Shown piece by piece: positions 28,275-36,503 of a stretch of DNA of 64,000 nucleotides. Source of the stretch: an uncultured Planctomycetia bacterium (GTDB taxonomy: Bacteria > Planctomycetota > MHYJ01 > WSZJ01). Each line of letters starts with the position of its first letter. Position 1 is the stretch's first letter. The notes under the pieces were generated by a model. It worked only from the letters and a program-made list of their open reading frames with translations, made no database searches and was not told where the DNA came from. The stretch lies in contig CAVPNQ010000161.1 of the NCBI GenBank assembly GCA_963706735.1, forward strand, positions 14,756-78,755, in the 5' to 3' direction. Position numbers and translations under genes: made by a program.

Positions 28275-28302
28275 GTTGCGGGTTGCGGGTTGCGAGTTGC
28301 GA
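28275..28302. repeat. Four tandem heptamers GTTGCGR
   Basis: gttgcgg gttgcgg gttgcga gttgcga directly after the grpE-like stop. Confidence 0.8.
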
Positions 28303-28340
28303 GGAACGGCTGCACATGGGGCCCGGGTTGTCGCGGGCCT

Positions 28341-28482
28341 TATCTGCCGACGTTTCTGCGAAATCTGTTTTCATCTGTGTCCCCCTCGGCAGCTACTTTC
28401 AGGAATTCGTGGCCAGTCGAGGTGCATGGGCTTGCGACGGGAACACAGACAAGGCCGGATTTCGCAGAAACGTCGGCAGATA
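28341..28482. repeat. 142-bp element bounded by a perfect 25-bp inverted repeat (MITE-like or RNA/DNA hairpin)
   Basis: tatctgccgacgtttctgcgaaatc (28341-28365) is the exact reverse complement of gatttcgcagaaacgtcggcagata (28458-28482). Inner partial pairing catctgtgtcccc / gggaacacagac. The outermost dinucleotide of each arm is TA. Confidence 0.85.
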
Positions 28483-28560
28483 CATCATTTTCCAACCGCA
28501 GGTGTCGTTGAAGTTCGGTTCCTGTCGTTCCGTCGATCCACCCTTGAGAGGAGAACGGCC

Positions 28561-30150
28561 ATGGCTGACGACAAGCCCCCGATGACGTGCGGTATCGACC
28601 TGGGCACGACCAACAGCGCGATCGCCTACATCGACGAGCACGGCAAGGCGCAGGTGATCCAGAATACGGACAACGAGCGGATCACGCCGTCGGTGGCGCT
28701 CTTCGAGGAGACGGAAGTCCTCGTCGGAAAGATCGCGAAGAACTCGGCGGTCGCGGCGCCGGACCGGGTGGTGCAGTTCGTGAAGCGGCACATGGGCGAA
28801 GAGGGATGGGTGAAGACGTTCTTCGGGAAGGAGTACACGCCCGAGACGATCAGCGCGCTGATCCTGAAGCGCATCGTGCAGGACGCCGAGAAGGTGAGCG
28901 GGCGGAAGGTTGGGAGCGTGGTGATCACGGTCCCGGCGTACTTCAACGAGGTCGAGCGCAAGGCGACGCAGGACGCGGGGACGATCGCGGGCCTGAACGT
29001 GGTCTCGATCCTGAACGAGCCGACGGCGGCGGCGCTGGCGTACGGGATGGACAAGCTGGGCGAGAAGCGCCGGGTGCTGGTGTACGACCTGGGCGGCGGG
29101 ACGTTCGACGTGACGATCATCGAGATCGACGGGACGAAGATCGACGTGCTGGCGACGGACGGCGAGCGGCGGCTGGGCGGCATCGACTGGGACGACGAGA
29201 TCATCAACCTGGTGAGCGAGAAGTTCCAGACGGAGCACGGGATCGACCCGCGCAACGACCTCGAGGCGTGCCAGGACCTGCGCAACAAGGCGGAAGACGC
29301 GAAGATCAGCCTGTCGAAGCTCGACAAGGTGCGCATCCTCTGCCAGTGCCAGGGGAAGACGACGAAGGTCGAGCTGACTCGCGAGGAGTTCGAGAAGATC
29401 ACGAAGGGGCTGCTCGACCAGACGGAGACCTATCTCGGCGTCGTGCTGCAGAAGGCGAAGCTGACGTGGAAGGACATCGGGACGACGCTTCTCGTCGGCG
29501 GCATGACGCGCATGCCCGCGGTGCGGTCGATGATCGAGCGCGTGACGGGGACGAAGCCGGAGACGGGCATCAACCCCGACGAGTGCGTCGCGATGGGCGC
29601 CGCGTACTACAACGCCGTCCTCGCGCTGCAGGCCAAGCCCTCCGAGGAGCCCGCCCTGGCGCTTCAGGGAGAATCGCTCAAGGAGTCGATCGACGAGGAA
29701 GTCATGATCCTGCTGCAGGGGGTCGAGGTCACCAACGTGAACTCGCACTCGCTGGGGATCATCGGCATCCGGAAGTCGGACATGAAGCTGGTGGCGCACA
29801 AGATGATTCCGAAGAACACGCCGATCCCGGCGGAGATCACCAAGCCGTTCGGGACGGAGAAGGCGAACCAGGTCAGCGTGCAGATCAAGATTGTCGAGGG
29901 CGACAGCGACAACCCCGAGGATTGCACGGAGATCGGGTGCTGCGAGATCAAGGACCTGCCGGCGGGCCGGCCCGCGGGGTCGCTGATCGACGTGACCTAC
30001 TCGTACAGCGTGGACGGGCGCCTGCAGGTGACCGGCAAGGACCGGACTTCGGGCAAGGAAGCCAGGGTCGAGATCGTCCGGACCAGCGGCATGGATGACG
30101 CCGCGATCAAGGACGCGAAGAAGGATGTCGTCGGGATGGAGGTGGGGTAG
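28561..30150 (+). CDS. Atypical Hsp70-family chaperone lacking the C-terminal helical lid (HscC-like)
   Basis: Motifs GIDLGTTNSAIA, DLGGGTFDV and LVGGMTRMP. The substrate-binding beta domain ends at residue ~529 with no lid or EEVD tail. Only the last 529 codons of the listed 1890-aa ORF are real. Confidence 0.9.
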   Translation: MADDKPPMTCGIDLGTTNSAIAYIDEHGKAQVIQNTDNERITPSVALFEETEVLVGKIAKNSAVAAPDRVVQFVKRHMGEEGWVKTFFGKEYTPETISALILKRIVQDAEKVSGRKVGSVVITVPAYFNEVERKATQDAGTIAGLNVVSILNEPTAAALAYGMDKLGEKRRVLVYDLGGGTFDVTIIEIDGTKIDVLATDGERRLGGIDWDDEIINLVSEKFQTEHGIDPRNDLEACQDLRNKAEDAKISLSKLDKVRILCQCQGKTTKVELTREEFEKITKGLLDQTETYLGVVLQKAKLTWKDIGTTLLVGGMTRMPAVRSMIERVTGTKPETGINPDECVAMGAAYYNAVLALQAKPSEEPALALQGESLKESIDEEVMILLQGVEVTNVNSHSLGIIGIRKSDMKLVAHKMIPKNTPIPAEITKPFGTEKANQVSVQIKIVEGDSDNPEDCTEIGCCEIKDLPAGRPAGSLIDVTYSYSVDGRLQVTGKDRTSGKEARVEIVRTSGMDDAAIKDAKKDVVGMEVG

Positions 30151-30309
30151 GGCGAAGGCAAACGACAAGGAACCAACCTCCAAAGGACAAGGAAACGGCA
30201 AAGGCCAAAGGGAAAATTTCCAAGCCGGCGCGGAATCCGGATTGGCGTTCGGCGTTTTTCCCTTTGGCGTTTACTTGTCGTTTGGAATGTTGGAAGTTGT
30301 CGTTTCCGG
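30151..30309. repeat. Palindromic intergenic element B2
   Basis: ggcgaaggcaaacgacaaggaaccaacctccaaaggacaaggaaacggcaaaggccaaaggg... pairs with ...ccctttggcgtttacttgtcgtttggaatgttggaagttgtcgtttccgg. It shares the first ~25 nt with B1. Confidence 0.85.
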
Positions 30310-30350
30310 TCCGCTCCCCCCGCCAACCTTCTCCCTGATCGAGGCCCCCT

Positions 30351-31607
30351 TTGGCTGAAAACCGCTTCCACGAAGTCCTCGGCCTTCCCGAGGAATGCAC
30401 CGACCCCGACTACTACCAGCTTCTCGGGATCGAGCGGACGCTCACGGACGCGCCGTCGATCGAGGCGAAGTTCAAGGAGCGGATGACGCGGGTGCAGCAC
30501 ATCGAGAACCCGCGGCACAAGGAGTTCATCGAGTTCCTGAAGGGGGAGCTGAAGCGGGCGCGCGGGATCCTGACGGACGGGGGGCGGCGGGCGGAGTACG
30601 ACCGGGAGCTGGCGGAGGAGCGCGGCGAGGAACTGCGCAAGATCCTGGGGCACATGCTGGTGGACGGAGCGCTGTCGTCGATCGCGGAGGTCTCGGTGTT
30701 CCGCGAGGGGCACAACCTGGGGCTCGACCCGGCCTTCACCAAGCGCGTCGTGGACGAGGAGCTGGCGAAGGCGGGAGCGCGCCGCGTGACGGCCGCCGTC
30801 TCCGGCGCCAACGGCCACCAGACCCAGGTCCTCATGAACCAGAAGGCCCAGGAGGTGGCGCGGCAGGCGCAGGAAGCGCGCATGGCGGCGCGGCTGGCCG
30901 AGGCGCGGGCGAAGATGGCCGAGACGGACAAGCGGCGCGCGGAGCAGCAGGTCGTGGCGGTGTCGGAGAAGGCGCGCGAGGCGATGAGCCGGGCGCAGCT
31001 TGCGGAACTGGAGAAGAAGAAGGCGCAGCAGACGGTCCTGGCGGTGTCCGAGAAGGCGCGCGCCGCCGTGAACCGGATGCAGGTCGCCGAGACGGACAAG
31101 AAGCGCGCCGAGCAGACCGTGCAGCGCGTGCAGGAGAAGGCGCGGGCGGCGCAGGAGATGGCGCGCAAGGCGATCAACCGCGAGCAGATGCTCGCGATGC
31201 GCCAGCAGATGTCGGAAGCGGCGCGCCGCAGGCTGGAGGAGCAGTTCACGGAGGCGGAGTCGCGGCTGCAGGCGTACGTCGAGGCTTCCAACGAGGAACT
31301 GGAGTCGGCGAAGCAGGACGGCGTCAAGTGGCAGCGGCTGACCGGGGCGTACGCCGCGATCACGATGGCGCTCGTCGGCGGCGCCGCGATGCCGAAGTAC
31401 GTCCCCGCCGCTTCCGAGGCGATCCACCGGCTGCTCGACCCGCATCTCGCCCGGGCCGGAACCATCCCTCACGCCGCGATCCCCCTCGCGGCCGCCGTGG
31501 TCATGCTGCTCCCGCTTCACTGGCTCGCCGGCAAGCGCTCGACCGGTTTCTACGCGCCGCTGCTCGTCGTGCTCGCGCTTGCGGCGCTGGCCGGGATGCT
31601 GCGGTAG
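30351..31607 (+). CDS. J-domain-like protein without HPD, with a coiled-coil repeat region and C-terminal TM anchors
   Basis: TTG start. N-terminus has DYYQLLGIERTLTDAPSIEAKFKERM...RAEYDREL but no HPD tripeptide. There are three ~28-aa repeats (ETDKRRAEQQVVAVSEKAREAM.. etc.) and two or three hydrophobic C-terminal segments. Confidence 0.65.
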   Translation: MAENRFHEVLGLPEECTDPDYYQLLGIERTLTDAPSIEAKFKERMTRVQHIENPRHKEFIEFLKGELKRARGILTDGGRRAEYDRELAEERGEELRKILGHMLVDGALSSIAEVSVFREGHNLGLDPAFTKRVVDEELAKAGARRVTAAVSGANGHQTQVLMNQKAQEVARQAQEARMAARLAEARAKMAETDKRRAEQQVVAVSEKAREAMSRAQLAELEKKKAQQTVLAVSEKARAAVNRMQVAETDKKRAEQTVQRVQEKARAAQEMARKAINREQMLAMRQQMSEAARRRLEEQFTEAESRLQAYVEASNEELESAKQDGVKWQRLTGAYAAITMALVGGAAMPKYVPAASEAIHRLLDPHLARAGTIPHAAIPLAAAVVMLLPLHWLAGKRSTGFYAPLLVVLALAALAGMLR

Positions 31608-31610
31608 CGG

Positions 31611-33185
31611 CTACTTCCGCACCCCGAACGCCTTCGGGAACCGGTAGTAGACTTCCAGCGTCAGCGTGTTCAGCGCCGTCGCGTAGACGCGGCCAGCGCC
31701 CTTGAACGACGTGCGGTCGACGTCCGTGTCCCACGACCCGTCGAGGCAGCCGTCCTTCTCGCCGCGCTGGTGCGGGACGAGCGCCTTCACCACGGCGTCG
31801 TTCCAGGACTTCCAGTGGCGGCCGTTCGGGACGTCGCCCAGGAACTGCGCCAGCGTGCCGTAGTACCAGTAGTAGTAATCGACGTTCTTGTCCCGCCACT
31901 CGGGGAGGTCGGCCGCGAGCATCGCGACGCCCGCGGGGATCGAGGGATGCGACGGCGCGCCGTCGATGAACGTCCGGCACATCACGCCCACGCCTGTCAT
32001 CGAGCGGTGAATGTTCCACGCCGACGTCTCCGGGAACCTGACCGACCCCGCGTCTCCGCGGCTCATGTACCCGACGTTCCCGTACACCCCGTCCGTCACG
32101 TCGTCGAGATACTTGCGCGCCCCGTTGAACCCGGTCTCGATCCCGACGAGGCCGGCCATCTTTGCCGAGTGAAGCGCCATGACGACGAACCCGAGGTTCG
32201 AAGTGTCGTTGTCGCCGCAGCGCTTCGAATAGCGCCAGCCGTAGTACGGGTTCTGCGAGAGCAGCAGGTAGTCCACGCCGCGCTGGGCCGCCTCCCTGAA
32301 GATCGTGGCCTTCGTCAGGCCGTAGGCTTCCGCAACCGCCGCCGTCGCGATCGAAGAGTTGTACGTCGGGAGCTGCTTTCCCGCGAACCGCCCGTCGGGG
32401 AGCTGGTGCGCGAGAAGCCACTTGAGCCCTTCGCGCACGACCGCGCCGACGCAGATGACGCGGCCGGTCGGCTTGTCGATGTACGTGTCCCGGGAGAGGT
32501 GCGTGTAACCCGCGCCGAGGAAGGCGAGAAGGGCCAGCCCCGTGATGCCGGCGTCGTTGTCCGCGTCGCCGATGCCCGGGCATTCCGGCCCGGCGGCGCA
32601 GCGCTCCCCAAACGCGTCGGCGGCCCAGCGGCCGTCGGGGTGCTGGTGGCGCGCGAGCCACCGGAGGCCGGCGAGCATCGCGGTTTCCGTCTGCGTGGTC
32701 GCGCCGCCGCCGTGGTGACCCGGCCGCCGCCCCGCGAACGGCCCGCCGCGGGCCGCATTGAATGAAGAAGCGGGCCCCATGACTCCCGCGCGGCGGGAAG
32801 GGCCGCCGACGTTCAGGAGTCCGGCGGCGGTTTCGGTCGAGGGGAGGAGCTCCGCGAGATCCGGTTCTCCGGCGCCATCGGGGACGTAATCGCCCAGCTC
32901 GGCTTCCTCGAGCAGGATCTCCGGTTCGCTTCCCGGCCGGTCGGCGGGCGCGGCGTCCTGCCAGGACGGCGAAGGATCGTTCACGGCCGGCGCGGCAGGC
33001 GGCGGCGCCTCGTTCCGGACCTCCAGCGCGGGGCGCGCCAGCCGGATCTGCATCGCCGCCACCGGCCCCGGTGCCTTCACCGCCTCGTACGTGTGCACGA
33101 TCAGCACCGTGAACACGAACGCGTGCAGGCCCCCCGAAAGGACCCACCACGGCACCGCTTCAAAGCGCTTCAGGAACCCCCTCAT
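31611..33185 (-). CDS. Membrane-anchored prenyltransferase/squalene-oxidase-repeat protein
   Basis: N-terminal TM WWVLSGGLHAFVFTVLIV. Repeated alpha-alpha-toroid-type motifs (HQHPDGRW, GITGLALLAFLGAGYTH, HQLPDGRF, QNPYYGWRY). Alternative starts at 33248 and 33278. Confidence 0.75.
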   Translation of the reverse strand: MRGFLKRFEAVPWWVLSGGLHAFVFTVLIVHTYEAVKAPGPVAAMQIRLARPALEVRNEAPPPAAPAVNDPSPSWQDAAPADRPGSEPEILLEEAELGDYVPDGAGEPDLAELLPSTETAAGLLNVGGPSRRAGVMGPASSFNAARGGPFAGRRPGHHGGGATTQTETAMLAGLRWLARHQHPDGRWAADAFGERCAAGPECPGIGDADNDAGITGLALLAFLGAGYTHLSRDTYIDKPTGRVICVGAVVREGLKWLLAHQLPDGRFAGKQLPTYNSSIATAAVAEAYGLTKATIFREAAQRGVDYLLLSQNPYYGWRYSKRCGDNDTSNLGFVVMALHSAKMAGLVGIETGFNGARKYLDDVTDGVYGNVGYMSRGDAGSVRFPETSAWNIHRSMTGVGVMCRTFIDGAPSHPSIPAGVAMLAADLPEWRDKNVDYYYWYYGTLAQFLGDVPNGRHWKSWNDAVVKALVPHQRGEKDGCLDGSWDTDVDRTSFKGAGRVYATALNTLTLEVYYRFPKAFGVRK

Positions 33186-33322
33186 GCGCCTCTGAACGTC
33201 CGCCGCGCGCGCGGGTTCTGGAAATCCGAGTGAGCGAACAACGGCCATTGTCGCTCCAGGCCGGCTCTTCGCGGACACCCCGAGCTGGTAGAATGCCCGC
33301 TCACGAATCTCGAGGATCGCCC

Positions 33323-34621
33323 ATGGCCCGCCTTCTCACCTGTGTCGCGTTGTTCTGGCTCCTCCTGTCCTCCGCTGCGCGAGCCGAGTCCGCTTCGGGC
33401 GTTCCCGAGGGGTACGTGCAGGTTTTCAAAACAGGGAAGATCTCCGTCTTTGCCGCCTCAAGAACGGGTCTCTCTACCGAGCAACAGAACAGGATCCTGA
33501 AAGCCCTCAAGGGGCTGCAGGATCGCTACACGTCACAGTACGGGCTCGACAAGGAGACTTACGCGCCGGGGTCGCTCAAGTCCTTCGAGATTCCGAAGGA
33601 CACCGTGGAACTCGTCATTTTCCCCGACCTGGAGAAGTTCCAGGAGTGGTGCGGAAACAAGGGCGCCGGCGGGCTCACGGCGCACGTCGGCCGGCACGAA
33701 AACGTGGTGGCGGTCCCTCTCGAGAACGGCGACATCTCGGCCGGATTCTGGTGGGTCCTGGCGCACGAGTTGTCCCATGTGTTCTTCGCACACACGCTCC
33801 GCCTCTGCGGGCCCATCTGGCTCAACGAAGGCCTGGCGGAGTACTTCGCTTCCACCAGCAAGCTCTACGTCGCGACGGATCACCCCAACTTCAAGGAGAT
33901 GATCGAGAGGCTTGATGTGGGGCGCAAGAAGCTCGGAACGGCGAACAGAATTTCCGAGATGATCCGGAAGCCGCAGGACGAATTCGGGCGGCAGGAGTAC
34001 GACGAAGCGTGGCTCCTGACGCACCTGCTGGTCACGGAGTGCTCAACGCTTCTCAATGACCTCGTCACGGCCACGCGGGAGGTCGAAACGAACGCGGTGG
34101 CGAACCTGGCCGGGGTGCAATCGGACGTGAGAAAGTACGCGGCGGGGATTCTCGAGCTGGCGTTCGGTGGGCCCGACAAGCTCCAGGCGGCAGTTGACGC
34201 GCACCTGGACGAGCTGCTCAAGAACCCGGTCGAGCCTGCAAAGATCAAGGTCCGCCCCGGGACGATCGTGCGGACCCCGGACGACCCCGAGATCGAGCTG
34301 AGGGTTCACTCGACGGAAGACCTTGTCCAGGATGACGACGGCAAGATCTACAAGGCGCGCGTGTCCACGGGCAGCCTGAAGCACCGTGCTCCCTGGCCCG
34401 CGACCGTCACGATCACCATCGCTGTCGGGGACGAGAAGGGCAAATGGTCGGAGGAGTACCTTGTGAAAAAGCCGGCCTTCATGAAAGTCGGGGACAAGCA
34501 ATCGTGGGAAAAAGAGATCCTGCCCAAATTCAAAGGCAGGCGGGTGGCGCGGATTACGGCCGAATGGACCGTAGAGGGCGGCGGCACTTACCGCGCTTCG
34601 AAGGTGTTTCAGGACAAGTAG
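33323..34621 (+). CDS. Secreted HExxH metallopeptidase-like protein (DUF1570-type)
   Basis: Signal peptide MARLLTCVALFWLLLSSAARAES. Motifs WWVLAHELSHVFF and WLNEGLAEYF. Codon usage is noticeably more AT-rich than in neighbouring genes. Confidence 0.75.
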   Translation: MARLLTCVALFWLLLSSAARAESASGVPEGYVQVFKTGKISVFAASRTGLSTEQQNRILKALKGLQDRYTSQYGLDKETYAPGSLKSFEIPKDTVELVIFPDLEKFQEWCGNKGAGGLTAHVGRHENVVAVPLENGDISAGFWWVLAHELSHVFFAHTLRLCGPIWLNEGLAEYFASTSKLYVATDHPNFKEMIERLDVGRKKLGTANRISEMIRKPQDEFGRQEYDEAWLLTHLLVTECSTLLNDLVTATREVETNAVANLAGVQSDVRKYAAGILELAFGGPDKLQAAVDAHLDELLKNPVEPAKIKVRPGTIVRTPDDPEIELRVHSTEDLVQDDDGKIYKARVSTGSLKHRAPWPATVTITIAVGDEKGKWSEEYLVKKPAFMKVGDKQSWEKEILPKFKGRRVARITAEWTVEGGGTYRASKVFQDK

Positions 34622-34681
34622 TGCGCCGGACGTGGCCTGCTCCGATCCGTGCCCGGGATCGCGCGGATCCCGGGAAAATGC

Positions 34682-35320
34682 TTACGGCACCGTGATCACG
34701 ACCGCCCGGCACGCCGCGCTCCCGACGCGCCGGTACCCGTGCGGCCGCGTCCCGTCGAAGTAGACGGCGTCGCCGGGATCGAGCGTGAGAGGCTCCTCGT
34801 CCTTGATCGACAGCATGAGCCGGCCGCTCACCACGAAGAGAAACTCGATGCCCGGATGGTGGTGCGTCGGCGAGGTGCCCGCCTTCACCGGGTGAAACTC
34901 GGCGAGCCAGGCGGAGAGCTTCTTGTCCACCGCCGCGTGGTCGAGGGCCTCGAAGCTCCAGCCTGCGTCGCGCGCGCCGGGAGGTTCGTGGAGGCGGACG
35001 CGGCCTGCGGCGCGCGAAACCGCGATCGCGCGGCGACGGTCGGAGTCGGAGAAGAAGTGGTCGAGGCCGACGTTGAAGACGAGGGAGATGCGCAGAAGAG
35101 TCGGCAGCGTGGGGAAGACCTGGCCGCGCTCGAGCTTGGAGAGCATCGCGGGCGACAGGCCGGTGTGCGCGGCGAGCTGGACGAGGCCCATGGCCTTGCG
35201 CAGGCGAAGGGAGCGGAGCTTGTCGCCGATCGCGTAGCGGCGGAGGCCTTTGTCGAGCGTGTCCGAGAGCAGGGCGGGGCTCCTTTCCACCAGGGTGAGA
35301 ATTCGCGGGCGCCATTCCAC
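34682..35320 (-). CDS. XRE-family HTH regulator with C-terminal cupin domain
   Basis: HTH LRKAMGLVQLAAHTGLSPAMLSKLERGQ, and a cupin motif THHHPGIEFLFVVSG...GDAVYFDGTRPHGY. Confidence 0.85.
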   Translation of the reverse strand: MEWRPRILTLVERSPALLSDTLDKGLRRYAIGDKLRSLRLRKAMGLVQLAAHTGLSPAMLSKLERGQVFPTLPTLLRISLVFNVGLDHFFSDSDRRRAIAVSRAAGRVRLHEPPGARDAGWSFEALDHAAVDKKLSAWLAEFHPVKAGTSPTHHHPGIEFLFVVSGRLMLSIKDEEPLTLDPGDAVYFDGTRPHGYRRVGSAACRAVVITVP

Positions 35321-35382
35321 TGTCGTGAAAACAACCGGTCGCTTATCGGCGAAGCGGCCTTGTATTCAAAAAGTATTGAAGT

Positions 35383-35982
35383 ATGTTCAAACATGCAAGC
35401 CCCATCCACGAAAGCGAGGCCCCCGTGAGAACCCTGACCTGCGACCCCTGCGGCGCCGTCCTCCAGGCCGCCGCTTCGATTCTCGCCCCCACTCCCGCCG
35501 CCCCGGCCGCCGGGATCCCTTCCGCCTCCCCCACGCTCGTCCTGTTCGTCCGCCACTTCGGCTGATCGCTCTGCCGCGAAGCGCTGGCGGACGTCGCCGC
35601 CCGGCGCCGTGAGATCGCTGCGACGAAGACGGACGTCGTCATCGTGCACATGGACTCCGACGCGAACGCCCGCGCCGCGCTGGATGGGATCGGACTCGGC
35701 GACGTCCGCGCCATCAGCGACCCCGGGCTCTGCCTCTACCGGCGATTCGGGATCGCCCGGCTTGGCCTCCGCGAACTCCTCTCCCCGCGGTTCTGGTGGC
35801 GCGCCCTCTCCGCCGCCCGCCGCCACGGTGCTTCCCTCGAGGCCGGCGACAAGTTCCAGTCGCATGGCGCCGTGCTCCTTCACCGCGGCCTGGTGGTCGC
35901 GCGCTCCTCGGCCCGTTCCGCGGCGGACCGGCAGGACTGGGCCTCCCTGGTGCTGAGCCCCGACACAGGGAGGAAATCATGA
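35383..35982 (+). CDS. Peroxiredoxin-like (AhpC/TSA_2, PRXL2-type) thiol-disulfide oxidoreductase; candidate selenoprotein with in-frame TGA at 35563-35565
   Basis: Listed ORFs 35383..35565 and 35644..35982 are in the same frame, with no other stop between them. Read-through gives ...LVLFVRHFG-U-SLCREALADVAARRREIAATKTDVVIVHMD..., a U-x-x-C motif in thioredoxin-fold context. A hairpin follows. The start is uncertain; GTG at 35425 is possible. Confidence 0.6.
35581..35607 (+). other. SECIS-like stem-loop 16 nt downstream of the in-frame TGA
   Basis: gcgc-u-ggcgg-ACGUCG-ccgcc-cg-gcgc: 5 + 4 bp with a small internal loop. The 6-nt apical loop contains GU and lies 28-33 nt after the U of UGA. Confidence 0.45.
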
Positions 35983-36503
35983 GGAGAGCGCTCGCCCTGC
36001 TCGCGGCCCTGCTTCCCCTGGGCTGCTCTTCGTCACCCCGATTCCGCGGCGTCAGCGACTTCGACGCCGCGCGCTACACCGGGCGATGGTACGAGATCGC
36101 GCGGCTCCCGAATTCATTCGAGGAAGGGCTGACCGACATTTCCGCGGAGTACGTGCTGAAGGAGGACGGAACGCTTTCCGTCACGAACCGCGGCTGGGAC
36201 CCCGAGGACGCCGAGTGGGACGAGGCGCACGGATCGGCCCATTTCAGGGGCGACGCCCGCACCGCGGAACTGCGCGTGACGTTCTTCTGGCCGTTCTACG
36301 GCGGTTACAACGTGGTGGAGCTGGACCGGGAGGGTTACCGCTGGGCGCTCATCGCCGGCGACGATACGGACTACCTCTGGATCCTCGCGCGCGACCCGCA
36401 GCTCGACCCGGCCGTCGAGGCGCGCCTTCTGGCGAAGGCCCGCGAACTCGGATTCGACCTCGCGCCGCTCGTCCGCGTTCCTCACGGCGTCGCGCCGCGC
36501 TGA
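35979..36503 (+). CDS. blc: Bacterial lipocalin (outer-membrane lipoprotein Blc)
   Basis: Lipobox LLPLGCSS and the motif YTGRWYEIARLPNSFE. ATGA overlap with the preceding gene. Confidence 0.9.
   Translation: MRRALALLAALLPLGCSSSPRFRGVSDFDAARYTGRWYEIARLPNSFEEGLTDISAEYVLKEDGTLSVTNRGWDPEDAEWDEAHGSAHFRGDARTAELRVTFFWPFYGGYNVVELDREGYRWALIAGDDTDYLWILARDPQLDPAVEARLLAKARELGFDLAPLVRVPHGVAPR

Noticed and set aside
28341-28482. A CIRCE/HrcA operator in front of the hsp70-like gene
   Set aside because: The sequence does not match TTAGCACTC-N9-GAGTGCTAA, and the half-sites are 92 nt apart.
24478-30150. The 1890-aa ORF on the plus strand
   Set aside because: Only its last 529 codons (from ATG 28561) look like protein (Hsp70). 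The upstream part is Arg/Pro/Gly-rich antisense shadow of the kinase gene and runs through repeat A2 and the grpE-like gene in another frame.
34652-34674. The hairpin cccgggatc-gcgcg-gatcccggg between convergent genes as a bidirectional terminator
   Set aside because: The stem is 9 bp, but the A/T run lies on the wrong side for either transcript, so I did not list it as a terminator.
35383-35982. A frameshifted or nonsense pseudogene instead of a selenoprotein
   Set aside because: It is not a frameshift, because both parts are in the same frame. A simple nonsense mutation cannot be fully excluded. It is disfavoured by the stop falling exactly on the redox Cys position and by the hairpin at the right distance.
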